Virus record (IMG/VR): IMGVR_UViG_3300042350_002797
Coordinates: 1 to 64,000 of that record
DNA: 64,000 bases
Reading direction: 5' to 3' (one strand)
Shown here: positions 55,633 through 64,000 of the stretch, in pieces
Layout: every line of letters starts with the position of its first letter
Numbering within the stretch: the stretch's first letter is position 1
Made by a program: the position numbers and the translations under genes
Notes under the pieces: model-generated
Databases searched by the model: none
What the model saw: only the letters and a program-made list of their open reading frames with translations
What the model was told of the DNA's origin: nothing

Positions 55633-57447
55633 TTAAACATTAGCTATTTTAATTAATTTTCCGTGTTCAGGCAAATACAAGTATTCTATATCACTACGTA
55701 CTAGCGTATCAATAGCATCATCCAGTGTTTCGACTAACGGATCTCCACCTAGATTAAAGCTAGTGTTAAACAAAATAGGAATATTTGTTTTTTTGTAGAA
55801 TGCCGTAATTAGATTGTAAAAGTGATAGTTTTGATCTTCTGTTACTGTTTGAATTCGACAGGTACCGTCTACATGAATAATACTTGGTATTTTTTCATCT
55901 TTGCCAGGTTGACAATTTACAGCATACATCATATGAGGACTTTCATCTTTACCTCGTAGATCAAACCACTCGTGTACATGTTCTTTTAAAATAGTTCCTG
56001 CAAATGGTCTAAAATATTCTCTACGTTTTACTGCATTAACAAAATCTTTACCATCGGCATAAGTTGGGTCAAATAAAATACTACGATTTCCTAATGCTCT
56101 AGGACCGTTTTCACTACGTCCTTGGAATATAGTAACAATATTTTTACTAGTCAATAAATCAACTACATCTTCATAGGTAGCGTCTACTACTTCCCCGTCA
56201 AGAGGTTTAATTTTTTCAATTATTTCTTGTTCAGTATATGAATACACAGGTCCTAAGTATAGACTATTATCCTTTTGTTTTGTACTACTTTGCGACAATT
56301 GATGATAAAACATTAATGCAGCACCGATAGCAGTTCCTGCATCATTGCTGATTGGCTCTACATATAATTCGATGCCATCTTTACGTAATTGTTCCAAATA
56401 ATAATAATTTGCCACACAATTAAGACCGTAGCCTCCACTTAATACAACTTGTTTTTTTCCGGTAAGTTCTACAGCTTTATAAATTAATTTTAGTACTTGT
56501 TCTTGGCTTTGAGTTTGAACTGCGTATGCTAGATCTCTACGACTTTGTAAATGTGTAACATCTGTCTTCTCATCTAGAACTTGTTCATCTAAAAAATTAT
56601 ATAACTCTGAATTTACCTTAGCGCCATTGGGGTAATTAGGAACAATTAAATTTCTATTACTTAGAGAAAATTTACCTGAATCGTCAAACAATTTTGGAAA
56701 ACTATTATTTTCTTTTCCGTATGGAAACAACCCCATAGTTTTTCCTGCTTCTATACTAGAGAAACCACAAAACTCTGTTACAGCTTCATATACTTTTACT
56801 ATGCCTGCTCTATCTGAAAGTAAAGCTTCGTGTACTGAGTCTTTCTCTCCAAAAATTCCTGAATCTAAATTTAGATAATGAGCACCTAGCACAGTTTCGC
56901 TTGTACCATAATTTTTATAACGTGTTTTGAATGTAGAAGGATATTCACAATCAATAATACTTTCTACTTCCCAAACTGTCATTGGTTGATCGTTATAAGA
57001 AATATTGATAAAAGTGCCTGCACCGTCCACAATAAGACTAACAGCACTATCAAATCCTGATCTATAGAATGCACATGCACTGTGCAGCTTATGATGAATA
57101 AAACTTAAATCAATAACCTGAGGGTGTGCATATATGTTTTCTTTTCTACTAATTAATCCTAATTTTCTAGCCAAGCCAGTATAAACATCGTCGCCAGTGT
57201 AGTCTACTCTGCCTGCGGTTTCATTTAGTTTTTGAGTATGGGCAATTACAAGATAGTCGATCTTATCTGTGTATTCTAAAATTTTCATCATAGATGCATA
57301 AGGACCGCCGTCGTATTTGTGACGACTTAATCTTTCTTCTTCTATGCTAAAAACAATTTCGCCATCTTTTAACAAACAGACTCCTGAATTATGTCCTCTG
57401 GCGATAGCTGCTATATATCCGGTTTTCAATTGTGGCGTATTATTCAT
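55633..57447 (-). CDS. Full-length carbamoyltransferase (NodU/CmcH/TobZ family)
   Basis: EEERLSRHK, HHKLHSACAF, VDGAG, EAGKTMGL, SGGYGLNC, NDAGTAIGA, GPRALGNRS, RREYFRPFA, NTSFN. Confidence 0.92.
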   Translation of the reverse strand: MNNTPQLKTGYIAAIARGHNSGVCLLKDGEIVFSIEEERLSRHKYDGGPYASMMKILEYTDKIDYLVIAHTQKLNETAGRVDYTGDDVYTGLARKLGLISRKENIYAHPQVIDLSFIHHKLHSACAFYRSGFDSAVSLIVDGAGTFINISYNDQPMTVWEVESIIDCEYPSTFKTRYKNYGTSETVLGAHYLNLDSGIFGEKDSVHEALLSDRAGIVKVYEAVTEFCGFSSIEAGKTMGLFPYGKENNSFPKLFDDSGKFSLSNRNLIVPNYPNGAKVNSELYNFLDEQVLDEKTDVTHLQSRRDLAYAVQTQSQEQVLKLIYKAVELTGKKQVVLSGGYGLNCVANYYYLEQLRKDGIELYVEPISNDAGTAIGAALMFYHQLSQSSTKQKDNSLYLGPVYSYTEQEIIEKIKPLDGEVVDATYEDVVDLLTSKNIVTIFQGRSENGPRALGNRSILFDPTYADGKDFVNAVKRREYFRPFAGTILKEHVHEWFDLRGKDESPHMMYAVNCQPGKDEKIPSIIHVDGTCRIQTVTEDQNYHFYNLITAFYKKTNIPILFNTSFNLGGDPLVETLDDAIDTLVRSDIEYLYLPEHGKLIKIANV

Positions 57448-58385
57448 TATTTTTTCTTTTTATCTAAAATTGTATTAATAACGTAATCTTGAATTTCTGC
57501 GGTCATGGTCATAATATTTTCATGCTTTCGATCAATTCTTTCATCTACAGTTATTCTTATAGGACTATATTCTCTAGTGTCCTCACCCATGTCTAATATA
57601 TTAAAAAACGAGCAATTTGGGTAGCTGACATTAATAGGAAAAGTCGATCCCATTACTACAGTAGATTGCTTTCCTACGGCATACGCTAAATGTTGACCTA
57701 CACTGTCGCAGCCAAAAAAATGATTTGCATATTTGATTACTGCTGCCCACTGTCTTAAATTTAGATTTTCAGGCGCAGCAACATCATCTTTATATTTTTC
57801 TTCTCTTAGATCCAATTTAATTTCGCTCATCATAATCACAGCGTAATTATTTTCTTGTAGTTTTTTAATTAAAGCTTTGACATCTTTATATTCTATACTA
57901 CGGCTTGTAGTATCAACAAAGCTTTCGTCTATATATTGTATGCCTCTTCCAAAAGGCTGAAACACTATTACTTTTTCTTTTTTTAAAGTTTTTTTGACTT
58001 CTGATACTAGTTGTCTGCCTGTAACTAGTTCTTCTTTAGATAATAAAAGAGTAGGTTTTGGTAATTCTCTAATACCTTTTTTATTAATTTCTATATCAAA
58101 TGCTTGTGCCAAACTGCATTGCTGATTGTAGTATTCCCAAACTCTGTAAGGTTCAAGACTAATGATATCTTTATCTTTGAGCTTTTCTGCGAACAGATTT
58201 TTGTGCCATACATCATAAGTTCTTTTATCTAAAGTCGGGTGACCTTTATAAAATTCAGTGCCGCCTTCGCAAACTATAATAAAATCTGTATCCCCGGATT
58301 CTTGCTCGTATTTTTCAAAAGCAGGAATTGAACAAATAACACGACCGGCGCCGCCATTAATAAAAAATGCTTTAGATCTACTCAT
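57447..58385 (-). CDS. GT9 (heptosyltransferase)-like glycosyltransferase
   Basis: INGGAGRV N-terminus, FQPFG, FFGCDSVGQHLAYAVGK motif. Confidence 0.65.
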   Translation of the reverse strand: MSRSKAFFINGGAGRVICSIPAFEKYEQESGDTDFIIVCEGGTEFYKGHPTLDKRTYDVWHKNLFAEKLKDKDIISLEPYRVWEYYNQQCSLAQAFDIEINKKGIRELPKPTLLLSKEELVTGRQLVSEVKKTLKKEKVIVFQPFGRGIQYIDESFVDTTSRSIEYKDVKALIKKLQENNYAVIMMSEIKLDLREEKYKDDVAAPENLNLRQWAAVIKYANHFFGCDSVGQHLAYAVGKQSTVVMGSTFPINVSYPNCSFFNILDMGEDTREYSPIRITVDERIDRKHENIMTMTAEIQDYVINTILDKKKK

Positions 58386-58401
58386 TGAAACTCCAAAAAA
58401 A

Positions 58402-58444
58402 AGTCTAACGTTACTATATATCTGTTGCTAAGTAACGTTAGACT
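58402..58444. repeat. 14-bp perfect inverted repeat with 15-nt loop, followed on - by a U run and SD
   Basis: AGTCTAACGTTACT (58402-58415) / AGTAACGTTAGACT (58431-58444). Confidence 0.85.
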
Positions 58445-58457
58445 AGTTTAGAATTTA

Positions 58458-59090
58458 TCAGTAGTATTTTGGAGGATTTGCTGGAAATGGAATTTTCCAA
58501 TGATCTATTCCGTCGTACGTAGTTTCTAGATTTCGTAACCAATCAATATAATCAGTCAACGCTTGACGTTCTTCGTCGGTATAATCATTGTTAGCTAGTG
58601 ATTGTTCCATAGCTCCAATCAACAATGTTGAACCTTGAATTACACTTTCTCTAGTAAGATTATGTGTTCTAAAACTTGGTCGAGTAAATTGACCGTTGAT
58701 ATATTTTATATCAAATGATTGATAATTTTGATCTATCGCGCCGCCAGAATAAGTATAGGTGTACGTACCTTTGTTGTCAGGTAGTGTCTCTTCATAGTCG
58801 GGTACGTCATCATTTTCATATTGATGTGTAATATAAGCAGCTTCAAATGTATGTTCGCTAGCATCAATAACTACAAAATCTGTTTCTGGATCATTGTCCA
58901 CTAACAGTTCGGTACGTAAGTCAGCTTGTGATTCGGCTGATGCAGCTACATATCTAATTTCTCCAGTGGGTGTATGTACACACAAAGCTAAAAATCTTGG
59001 TCCGAAGTATGTGGCTTGCACTGTTTTATTTAAATTTGTTGTTGTCTTATATGGCTCATCTGATAAAGCTATCGTAAAAAACTTACGCAT
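58458..59090 (-). CDS. Possible tail-fibre assembly chaperone-like protein
   Basis: C-terminal ALTDYIDWLRNL...WKIPFPANP resembles the Y..LRD.P..WP.P chaperone motif; follows the fibre genes. Confidence 0.5.
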   Translation of the reverse strand: MRKFFTIALSDEPYKTTTNLNKTVQATYFGPRFLALCVHTPTGEIRYVAASAESQADLRTELLVDNDPETDFVVIDASEHTFEAAYITHQYENDDVPDYEETLPDNKGTYTYTYSGGAIDQNYQSFDIKYINGQFTRPSFRTHNLTRESVIQGSTLLIGAMEQSLANNDYTDEERQALTDYIDWLRNLETTYDGIDHWKIPFPANPPKYY

Positions 59091-59112
59091 TTTTAAACTC
59101 CTATTTTTTTAA

Positions 59113-60093
59113 TTAACTAATAAATCTTATTCTAACTGCGCCCATACCGCCACGATAACCATTGTCTCTAACGCTGTCGCAAACACCAATCCCTGGAGCT
59201 CCCCACCCGTAAGGCATAAAAGATACACATCCAGTGGCTTCATAGCAGCCGCATGGTCTGTTACTAACCCAACAATAATTAGCCATACCAGCTGCGCCGG
59301 ATTGTGAATTAACACCTAATCCCATTTGTGCTCCGGTAAGTCCTTGGCCAGGAATTGGAGCTTCTGGAGCATCATCTCCGAATACATGATTAATCATAGG
59401 AGGACTAACACAACTCCATACACCACCAGGTCCTGGAATATGCATAAGGGTACAGCATCTTGATACAGCCATACCTGCACAACAATAAAAAGTAGCACAA
59501 CTTAATGCACCATTTACATTTACATCTCCACCAACAGCTGATGCCACAAATGTTTGGCTAGATCCTATATTACATATAGTGCCGCAAAAGCCGCTTAATC
59601 CATTGTTAGTGCCGCAATAGCCTGCTGCAATGAAACAACAGTATCCTCCATTGCTAGTAGAGCATATACTACAGCCGCCGCGGCCACCTTGGGCACAAAT
59701 ACAACCGTTAGTGCCGTTACCAAACCAGCATATACAAGTAGGTTCAGAACATCCTCTAAAATTTATAGTACTAGCATCACCGCAGGCAAATCCTATTGTT
59801 CCAGTAACATAGCAACCCGATGTAACACTGATACATTTCTTAGAATAAGCTGCTGCATTACCTGGTAAACCAAATCCGCAACAACACATACGAGCACTGC
59901 TGCCTCCTGCGCCCCATACTTCTATAATAGCAGTACCTGTTCCAGGAGCTCGCCAGCAAAATCCGCCGCAAAAATTAGTTCTTATATTACCAGGCGTAAA
60001 GGTATAAATCTCACCTTGATCTAAGTTTTCCTCTGTAAATGTTCCAGTTTGGTATAATCTTTGAGCTAACAGTGTTTTCAATTGTGTTGGCAT
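59113..60093 (-). CDS. Cys/Gly-rich tail-fibre-like protein, paralogue 3
   Basis: EVWGAGG, CCCG, CAQGGRGG, GGDVN, GGMGAVRIRFIS; about 30 Cys by my count. Confidence 0.7.
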   Translation of the reverse strand: MPTQLKTLLAQRLYQTGTFTEENLDQGEIYTFTPGNIRTNFCGGFCWRAPGTGTAIIEVWGAGGSSARMCCCGFGLPGNAAAYSKKCISVTSGCYVTGTIGFACGDASTINFRGCSEPTCICWFGNGTNGCICAQGGRGGCSICSTSNGGYCCFIAAGYCGTNNGLSGFCGTICNIGSSQTFVASAVGGDVNVNGALSCATFYCCAGMAVSRCCTLMHIPGPGGVWSCVSPPMINHVFGDDAPEAPIPGQGLTGAQMGLGVNSQSGAAGMANYCWVSNRPCGCYEATGCVSFMPYGWGAPGIGVCDSVRDNGYRGGMGAVRIRFIS

Positions 60094-60095
60094 TC

Positions 60096-61076
60096 TTAAC
60101 TCGCAATAAATTTTATTCTAATTGCTCCTGAGCCGCCTCTAGTAGCAAAATCGCATACGCTGGCACAAGGACTCGGAGCCATTCCTGGAAATCCTGGTGG
60201 AAAATGAGAGACACAGCCGTGTGCTTGATAGCAACCACACCCATATGCACTTGCATAACAGTTTGATTCGTGCGGTAAACCGTTATGAGGATGTCTGCTA
60301 GCAGCATTTAGTGCATTAAGATATTGATGGATGCCTTGACCTGAAGTATTAGCGAATTCATTGGTGTTTTCTGTGGCAAAAACTAACACTCCGCCATTTT
60401 TAGAAAAATATCCTGCAGGTGTTCTGACAAAATATGTTGTGCTACAAGTACAGTTTGGTACACAACCAAAAAATCCTGCACAACTGAACCCTCCTCGACA
60501 ATTTACATCGCCGCCGAATGCTTCTGCACAACAACTAGCTATAGAAGCACCTGCGCCAAAATTACAAATCACTCCGCAATTGGTATTAACTACTGTTCCG
60601 CAAAATCCTGCATTTAAAAAACAGCAGAACAAACTAGTTCCTGAAGAACAAAAACTAACGCCGCCGCGGCCTCCTTGGGCACAAATACAAGAATTGCCTG
60701 CTGTGCTTTGATAACAAACTCCTGTGGGCTCTGAACATCCTCTAAAACAGGCAGTTGATGGATTTCCGCAAGCAAGTCCAATACAGCCAAGAACTGTACA
60801 TCCTGTAACTACATTAAAAGTTTTTTTACTATACGCACCTGGATTTCCTGGGATTCCGCCGCCGCAGCAGGCTATCATTCCTCCGCTGCCGCCAGCACCC
60901 CATACTTCTAAAACTACTTGTCCTGCTGACGGTGCTGTCCAGCATACACATGCAAATTGCTTAGTTCGAACATTTGGTTCTGCAAACATCCAAATTTGTC
61001 CTTTTTCAAGGTTTATCTCAGTGTCTGCAATACTGCTTAATTTATTAGTTACTAAATTTCTAAATGATGTTGGCAT
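60096..61076 (-). CDS. Cys/Gly-rich tail-fibre-like protein, paralogue 2
   Basis: Same motifs and length (326 aa) as neighbours. Confidence 0.7.
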   Translation of the reverse strand: MPTSFRNLVTNKLSSIADTEINLEKGQIWMFAEPNVRTKQFACVCWTAPSAGQVVLEVWGAGGSGGMIACCGGGIPGNPGAYSKKTFNVVTGCTVLGCIGLACGNPSTACFRGCSEPTGVCYQSTAGNSCICAQGGRGGVSFCSSGTSLFCCFLNAGFCGTVVNTNCGVICNFGAGASIASCCAEAFGGDVNCRGGFSCAGFFGCVPNCTCSTTYFVRTPAGYFSKNGGVLVFATENTNEFANTSGQGIHQYLNALNAASRHPHNGLPHESNCYASAYGCGCYQAHGCVSHFPPGFPGMAPSPCASVCDFATRGGSGAIRIKFIAS

Positions 61077-61078
61077 TA

Positions 61079-62077
61079 TTAACTCGCAATAAACTTAATT
61101 TTCACAGCGGCGTTGCCTCCTTGCATGCCATTATCTCTTACACCGGCTTCAAATACTGCGTTATGTCCACCAAATCCTGGCGGACTCATAGATGTGCATC
61201 CCCACTGCTCATAACAGCCGCAGCCTCTGTTACTGTTCCAACAACTAACAAATGGAATGCCTCCGGCTGGTTTTCTGCTCACTGCATTCTGCATGTACAT
61301 TTGCTGATGACGTCCTGTGCCTGAGTAGTCACTGAATTCATTAGTATATTCGTGAAATACTTCTAATACAACACCCTTTTCTGAAATAATTCCTGACGGT
61401 CCTGGAATATAAGCTGTTGTGCAACAAGCAGCATTTGCATTGCATCCAAACCATCTTATACAACTGAAGTGTCCGCAACAATTTACGTCTCCGCCGTAGC
61501 CGCAGGCAATTTGTAAAGTTGATGTTATGTTGCAGATTAATCCGCAGTTAGCATTTACTGGTCCTGTGCCACAGTATCCTGCTGCGAGATAACAGCACCA
61601 AGCACTGCTACCAGTAGAACAAAAACTTATGCCGCTACGACCGCCTTGAGCACATAAACAACCGTTATTGCCTGTAGTTGATGATCTAAACCAACATCCA
61701 AATGCCCTAGGGCCGCAGCCACTATCACACAGGGCTGCAGGATTTCTTGTAGCACTGTGTGCTTCTATACAACCACAAACAAATGCAGAACAAGACTCAG
61801 CAGCAGTGATTGTAAAAGATTTTTTAACATATGCGCCTGCATTTCCTGGCATACCAAATCCGCAACAACACATACGAGAACCGCCGCCGCCGCCGCCCCA
61901 CATTTCAATAACTACTGTACCAGCTTGTCCTCCTGGTGGGCACCATCTAAAAATATTAGGAGTAACTGATGTTGCTGGTGTATACACCCATATTTTTCCC
62001 TGTTCTAAATCATTTTCTGACGGCCCGACTATGGTGTCGTTTTTCGTACTAACTAACGTTCTTAATGATGTAGGCAT
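61079..62077 (-). CDS. Cys/Gly-rich tail-fibre-like protein, paralogue 1
   Basis: Same motifs, 332 aa. Confidence 0.7.
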   Translation of the reverse strand: MPTSLRTLVSTKNDTIVGPSENDLEQGKIWVYTPATSVTPNIFRWCPPGGQAGTVVIEMWGGGGGGSRMCCCGFGMPGNAGAYVKKSFTITAAESCSAFVCGCIEAHSATRNPAALCDSGCGPRAFGCWFRSSTTGNNGCLCAQGGRSGISFCSTGSSAWCCYLAAGYCGTGPVNANCGLICNITSTLQIACGYGGDVNCCGHFSCIRWFGCNANAACCTTAYIPGPSGIISEKGVVLEVFHEYTNEFSDYSGTGRHQQMYMQNAVSRKPAGGIPFVSCWNSNRGCGCYEQWGCTSMSPPGFGGHNAVFEAGVRDNGMQGGNAAVKIKFIAS

Positions 62078-62089
62078 TTCTTTTTCCGA

Positions 62090-62422
62090 TTAAGCAGATG
62101 CCACTATCCAACCATATGTTGCACCACTATAGATAAGTGTAACAATAGCGCCATTAGTATCAATAGTTAAGTCATCCGATACGTTTTGAATTTTAGCACC
62201 ATTTCGCCCTACTGTAATATTGTTTGTGCCTGCTGTTGCGGACACATCTATAATTTGTATAGTGTCGTTGACTAGTACACCACCTACTGCTGGCAATGTT
62301 ATGGTAATTGCACCAGATGTTGTATTGCATAATACTCTATCATTAACTACTGCACTATAATTCGTAGATGTTTCACGAAAGGTTGCCGATGCTGTTCCAG
62401 TAGTTGTAATATATCTTCCCAT
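62090..62422 (-). CDS. Small tail-associated structural protein
   Basis: ITITLP, IQIID, NNITVGRNG, LIYSGATYGW beta module seen in phage fibre genes. Confidence 0.6.
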   Translation of the reverse strand: MGRYITTTGTASATFRETSTNYSAVVNDRVLCNTTSGAITITLPAVGGVLVNDTIQIIDVSATAGTNNITVGRNGAKIQNVSDDLTIDTNGAIVTLIYSGATYGWIVASA

Positions 62423-62442
62423 TTATTTCCCCTGACTGATTA

Positions 62443-62763
62443 TCATGTTGTTAAAGTTTCTATGCCGTATGCCATTGCACTTACGTTTGCAACAGATGAT
62501 CTGACAACGACTAATTTGTTAGCATCTATAACTATTCCTGAACGTTCTAGAACTCCTTTTGCACCAACTTCTGTATCATATTCGATATATTCTGCATCTG
62601 TTGGCGTAGAAGATGATGCTACTGCTAATCTTATTAGCGCAGGAACGTTACCTCTATTACAAACCGATACTGTAACAACCGAAAATGTGCTAGCCGGAAC
62701 AGTGTATAAAGTTGCATCTGTAGCTGCTGTTAAATTTGCTGTTCCTAATCTTCCTGTAGCCAT
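62443..62763 (-). CDS. Small tail-associated structural protein
   Basis: LYTVPA...VSVCNR beta-sandwich pattern; GGAG SD. Confidence 0.6.
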   Translation of the reverse strand: MATGRLGTANLTAATDATLYTVPASTFSVVTVSVCNRGNVPALIRLAVASSSTPTDAEYIEYDTEVGAKGVLERSGIVIDANKLVVVRSSVANVSAMAYGIETLTT

Positions 62764-62774
62764 TTAAATCTCCG

Positions 62775-64000
62775 TTAATTAAATAAGGTGTGTGCAAGAA
62801 TATATCCGTCAACGCCGCTTTTAAAATTCATCTTAGTATTTATATTTATTTGGGCACCGGTGGTTGTTGTGATAGTATCACCAGAAATAAACACAATTCC
62901 TGCTGTTACACTATTTACGTTCAACGAACTAGCTCCGCTACCAATTTGAGCACTAATATAAGCTTTAATTGCTCTTTGAGTTGGTACAATAGCATCACTA
63001 TCTGCTGTAAAGAATGGATCTGTGCTAAATTCGCTGATAGCTGCGCCGCCTCCACCTAGAGCTACTGATCCTAACTGTAATTCTTGCAAGCCTGCTATAC
63101 TAAATGCATCAGCATTTAATGTAGCTATACCTGTGCTTTGTTCTACGCTAAAAATGTCGCCGACTCTAAAATTACCATCTTGATCGGTACTAGTATAAAA
63201 TACTCTACCGCCACCAAATTCATTAATTTCTTTAGTAGGGTCAGGATCAATTAATGGAGTATCAGGATAATTGGTGTTGGCAAAGTTACCTGTTCCAATA
63301 TCTAAGAAGTCGTGTCCTGTTAATCGAACCTGACTATAACGAATTCTAATTTCGGTAGTTTCTTCGTGTTCAGGCGATTCTGCTACACCTAATCCTGGGC
63401 TTAATTGCAAGACCGCAGAATAATAATCTCCTTGTTGAGTGAGTTGTGATACACTGACTAGCTTGTATACTACGTCATTGATGCCAGTGATTCTAACATT
63501 AGATCCTGCTTTTGGAATTCCTGTTAATCGTTTGAAAGCTATGTATGTACCTGTCTGATATAAGTCTGCATATCCGTTACCAGTCACTGTTGCCGAAGCA
63601 GTTACATAATTTGTTCCTCTATTAGTAAATGTTGGATTGGCTAACACTCCTTTGCCTTTTCTAACTTGTGTGCTCGCTTCGCTGATATTATTAGGATCAA
63701 CAATAGTCATAGTAGGGGCACTTGCATATCCTGAGCCTGGTTCAATTATTCTAATAGATGTAATTTTTTCATCATTTACAACTGCTCTAGCCTTAGTAGT
63801 AGATCCAGTTAATACACTCGATGCTACTGTACCTGCTGCGCCAGCTTGAACTGCGGCCCAGACGCCAGTTTCATTTGAATTTCCAAAAGTAATTGCACTA
63901 TATCCGTTAGCACTGGTACTCATTGTGCGTGTAGTCCAGTTAATACCATCTTCTGATGTTGCTGCGGCAGTTGTACTACTCACAGCAAAGAACACACCTT
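62775..64000 (-). CDS. Large tail/baseplate structural protein, 5' part outside window
   Basis: GSGYASAP repeats, SQVRLTGHDFLDIGTG, STDQDGNFRVG; frame open to window end. Confidence 0.7.
   Translation of the reverse strand, partial: GVFFAVSSTTAAATSEDGINWTTRTMSTSANGYSAITFGNSNETGVWAAVQAGAAGTVASSVLTGSTTKARAVVNDEKITSIRIIEPGSGYASAPTMTIVDPNNISEASTQVRKGKGVLANPTFTNRGTNYVTASATVTGNGYADLYQTGTYIAFKRLTGIPKAGSNVRITGINDVVYKLVSVSQLTQQGDYYSAVLQLSPGLGVAESPEHEETTEIRIRYSQVRLTGHDFLDIGTGNFANTNYPDTPLIDPDPTKEINEFGGGRVFYTSTDQDGNFRVGDIFSVEQSTGIATLNADAFSIAGLQELQLGSVALGGGGAAISEFSTDPFFTADSDAIVPTQRAIKAYISAQIGSGASSLNVNSVTAGIVFISGDTITTTTGAQININTKMNFKSGVDGYILAHTLFN

Noticed and set aside
59113-62077. Diversity-generating retroelement acting on the fibre paralogues
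   Set aside because: No reverse transcriptase in the window and no near-identical template/variable repeat pair differing only at adenines.
182-63849. Many short opposite-strand ORFs in the track (e.g. 182-397, 2112-2642, 7661-7990, 34089-34463, 48411-48872, 61668-62093, 62462-62767)
   Set aside because: They are shadows of well-supported genes on the other strand, with no RBS/promoter or recognisable motifs.

Overview
Part of a large, AT-rich, T4-like (myovirus) phage genome, probably a jumbo phage of an uncultured lineage; no host genes, rRNA, tRNA or CRISPR array were seen. Layout: (i) 1-3050, a visibly more GC-rich early region on + made of tiny ORFs behind four near-consensus sigma70 promoters and ending in an AAA ATPase plus a structured 3' RNA; (ii) 3280-33280, mostly on -, replication/recombination genes (gp41 helicase, gp61 primase, a 192-aa DnaE-like protein, UvsW, UvsY, UvsX, gp32) interleaved with a sugar/methyl/carbamoyl modification island and a radical SAM + DUF3050 pair; (iii) 33290-48090 packaging and neck/tail genes (gp17, gp16, gp4, tube, sheath, gp13/14/15, dNMP kinase, Nudix); (iv) 48080-64000 tail-fibre region with three Cys-rich paralogues and an embedded GT9-like + carbamoyltransferase pair. 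The most striking unexplained signal is regulatory: a three-hairpin RNA at 2956-3051 presents the same 9-nt loop AUUCGCUCC twice. That loop is complementary to the unusual GGAGCG(AA) ribosome-binding sites of the early promoter-proximal genes and to two sites in a late leader at 6501-6523. Many late genes, in contrast, look leaderless (TAAATA 5 nt before ATG). Together this suggests an anti-Shine-Dalgarno antisense switch; it is a hypothesis from sequence only. All functional calls come from motif recognition by eye, not database searches.
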